This document shows, in pieces, positions 61,278 through 64,000 of a stretch of DNA of 64,000 bases. Position 1 is the first letter of the stretch. Each line of letters begins with the position of its first letter. The notes under the pieces were generated by a model. That model worked only from the letters and a program-made list of their open reading frames with translations. It did no database searches and was not told where the DNA came from. The DNA is taken from NCBI GenBank assembly GCA_002633005.1, contig NMRA01000198.1, positions 373,282 to 437,281 of the forward strand, read 5' to 3'. Origin of the DNA: Phoronis australis (lineage: Eukaryota; Animalia; Phoronida). The translations under genes and the position numbers were made by a program.

Positions 61278-64000
61278 CAGTAATTATCAAGAGTACCGGC
61301 CTTAATGTCATCGAATGTCTGGCAGACAACGGCGACAAATGGTGATTTGTAATGAAACCACAAAACAATACATATGTTATTGTTTTATAGCTCTTGTCAA
61401 AGCTAAAAACTTCAAGAAGTCTATCTTATTTAACAATAATCCCAGAAATGTGTATTTCGTCCCTAAAAATGATACTTTGTGAAAATGATAAGTTGTTGTT
61501 TCAGTAACGATCAGAAACCATTAATGCACAAAAGAACACAAATCATAATCCATATAATGTCATAGTAACTTATCATATATTGATTTTCAGTAGACATCAA
61601 CAAATGGCCATTCTGAGAGACTGCAGAGATAAATATTGGTAAGCTCCAGAACAGCATAGGAAATACAAGAATTAAGCACGTCACAGGGTGGGAGAAGCGA
61701 TGTACGAAATGTTGACTATTGTTGGGGCGTATTGATTGTGTGGTAACTATCACTCGCGCATCACCATGTCTCCTCGTTAGTCCACAGGGAGCAGTGATTT
61801 TCCAACGGAACAAGATATTAAACGGAAATTAGTCCTTTTCAGTAGGTTGCATGAGAGATTAACGATGTAACATCATTTAATATATGCTTGGTGAATAAAG
61901 AGGTTTATGAAAAATGCATGATGTTCCTTCTGAAGCCGACATAGTGGTTGGCAATACACAAAACTGGCAATTTATCCAAATTAAATAACGGAAACTTATC
62001 ACTAATTTATTAAACACTTACCTTAATGGTTTATAAATCTGCATCAGTAATTTCAGAACGTGAATTTTGTTTAGATTTTCCCACACGTTAATTAAGAAAA
62101 CAATCTCTTTAGTCAGACGACAAAATTTAATTTATATTTCTATTGCATCATTTGCAAGCAAAATTTATTCACAATTTTAAATTAGATACTAAATTTGGGT
62201 AATCAGGGGTTTCTACCCTGCAGTTTCTTACGTAATGTGCAAATGACAATGATTAAAAGCCGTTCAATTTTAAACAAACTGAGGCAGACAAGTGGATTTT
62301 TACTTCTAGCCAAATCTGTGGACAAACACAATTACTTAGAAATTTTTACTTAATTAGCAGCATGGACTGTACCATATAGCTATGTTGAAACAAAAACTTA
62401 GAAAAACTTTCAGTCAGTATTTGCATGTAATCCAATCAACCTTTCAACAATGCAATGTGCCTGGGCAATTTTGGCAATTACTTTTATGCGAAATCAAAAC
62501 CCAAATTACAGTAAACTAGTAAATACATATAATTCATCAAGATAGAAATGAGCAATATTTTTCAAATATCGAATTCTTTTTAAAAGTCTATGCACAGTAC
62601 TACACTCACTAAGGAACAGCACACCATAACTCAAAATTGCTATCAGAAAAAGTTCATGTTCTGTTATCTCTTGCAACTGTTATCTGTCACACTAATGCTG
62701 CAGCAGATTCAAAGGGGGCGTGATCCATGTTAAGCTAATTTGTGGACCATTGCCAATTTTAAAATATTTTATGGAATGTGGGATTTGTCTTCAGCCAAAT
62801 CATAGCCATGGACTGAAATTAGAAAGAAGCTGAAGCTTTGATAACTTACCAGCTTCAGAAGGGATGTAGTGTTAAGAAACTTGTCAGTCACAAAAACAGG
62901 AACAGTATCACGTTTAGAAAAATTCCCAACCATGACGGAATCTGAGCGATGTAGGAACATTCCTACATCTCACAGAACAATGCAAGAATTCCAAAATAGC
63001 GCAAAAATGTAGGAGTTATAACACTGTTAATGGAGGTGGTATCAAAATCATTTTAAACACATTTTAGAATTAAACTTGTTTGTACGTTCTCATTTTTAGA
63101 CAGAAATGCTATGTTACACCTTATCATAAATCAACACAAATCTAGATCTAGGGTGACTGTGGGTGCAAAGAGAAAGATGCCTTGAAGGGGAATGTTACGT
63201 ACCTTTTTGAAAGCGTTTTTGGTCCCTATGGGATATTTTGCTTATTCTGAAAGGTGTATTGGACCCCTTTAGTTGTTCTTATAAATACAAGGCTCAAACA
63301 ACAATGGACTATAGACTAGTGATAAAGCACAAGGCAGAACTTAAATGTTTTAAAAAAAATCGGGATTTAACCAAATTTGGGTCTTGATACCCATACTTCA
63401 GGATCAAATACTACCATTTATAGACATACATGTGATTTTTAAACCCGTAAAGGCAAACATTGGATTCGCACTTACATTGTCCTGCTTGAAGTAGGAACAG
63501 ATGTATTACTCTCCATAGTTATGACGTGCAGTTAGTTTTGAATTATATGGAAATTGTACAGCATTGAAACAATGGGACAATACTTGAATTTTCCACAGCA
63601 AAGAAGTGCTCTGTGCCTGCTAGATTGCTCAGCCTCGAGTCCAATTCAGTTGAGTTTTTGAGAGCCAGTGCTTTTTACATCACAACAGAAATGACCTGAA
63701 TCATTATCTGAAATCCATGGATCCAGGAATTTTTTCAGGGGGTCAGACATGGGTCAAACATGGGAGGTGTTGGACATTCTTCTATCACAACAAGGTAAAA
63801 GTGATCAGGAGTCCAGAGACCAGACACCCCGTTTGGATCTGCACCCGGAGATGTGTCTAAAGGTTTTGAAAATGCCTTCATTTCTGTCGCCATGGTCTAA
63901 GAGCTTTCAGAATGTAGGATCTGTAAAGCAGAGTGCTGCACTGATTACAGGAGTCCAAAAATTGAAACATTCCAGCTGGAACATAAGTCAAGGAGAGGCA

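Noticed and set aside
62769-62960. Minus-strand ORF with a strong CTG|gtaagt donor, considered as GCH1 exon 1
   Set aside because: No GCH1 N-terminal motifs (such as TP.R.A.A...FT.GY). The phase-1 frame required by the next exon has a stop shortly upstream.
62948-62969. Perfect 10-bp inverted repeat GATGTAGGAA-CA-TTCCTACATC
   Set aside because: Too short and isolated, with no TSD and no second copy seen.

Overview
AT-rich, intron-rich animal genomic DNA. The repeat types and CpG-depleted gene bodies suggest a marine invertebrate, possibly a lophotrochozoan (inference). There are no operons or CRISPR arrays, and most track ORFs are noise. Three spliced genes can be rebuilt by hand from GT-AG junctions with consistent phases: (1) the last two coding exons of DYNC2LI1 (+, 639-1441); (2) a complete numb gene (+, CDS 25838-43543, about 537 aa, probable non-coding first exon near 9.75-10.0 kb); (3) four exons of GTP cyclohydrolase I, GCH1 (-, 57070-52483, first exon not found). 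numb and GCH1 are convergent. The main finding is an isoform system in numb. Two tandem duplicated, phase-0 exons encode the same part of the PTB domain. The longer one adds a polybasic insert with an aPKC-like site, at the position of the vertebrate PTB-long insert. A candidate alternative first exon lies in an intronic CpG-rich patch and ends in the same Val-Trp/GT junction as the main exon. The second highlight is a non-autonomous Helentron-like element in two copies, one at the numb/GCH1 boundary. Its ~150-bp internal monomers each carry a co-oriented CTCF-type motif. The window also has Penelope-like fragments with hammerhead-like motifs, MITEs with clear target-site duplications, SINE heads, N gaps and one probable assembly duplication. 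All gene identities come from recognising the peptides, not from a database search.
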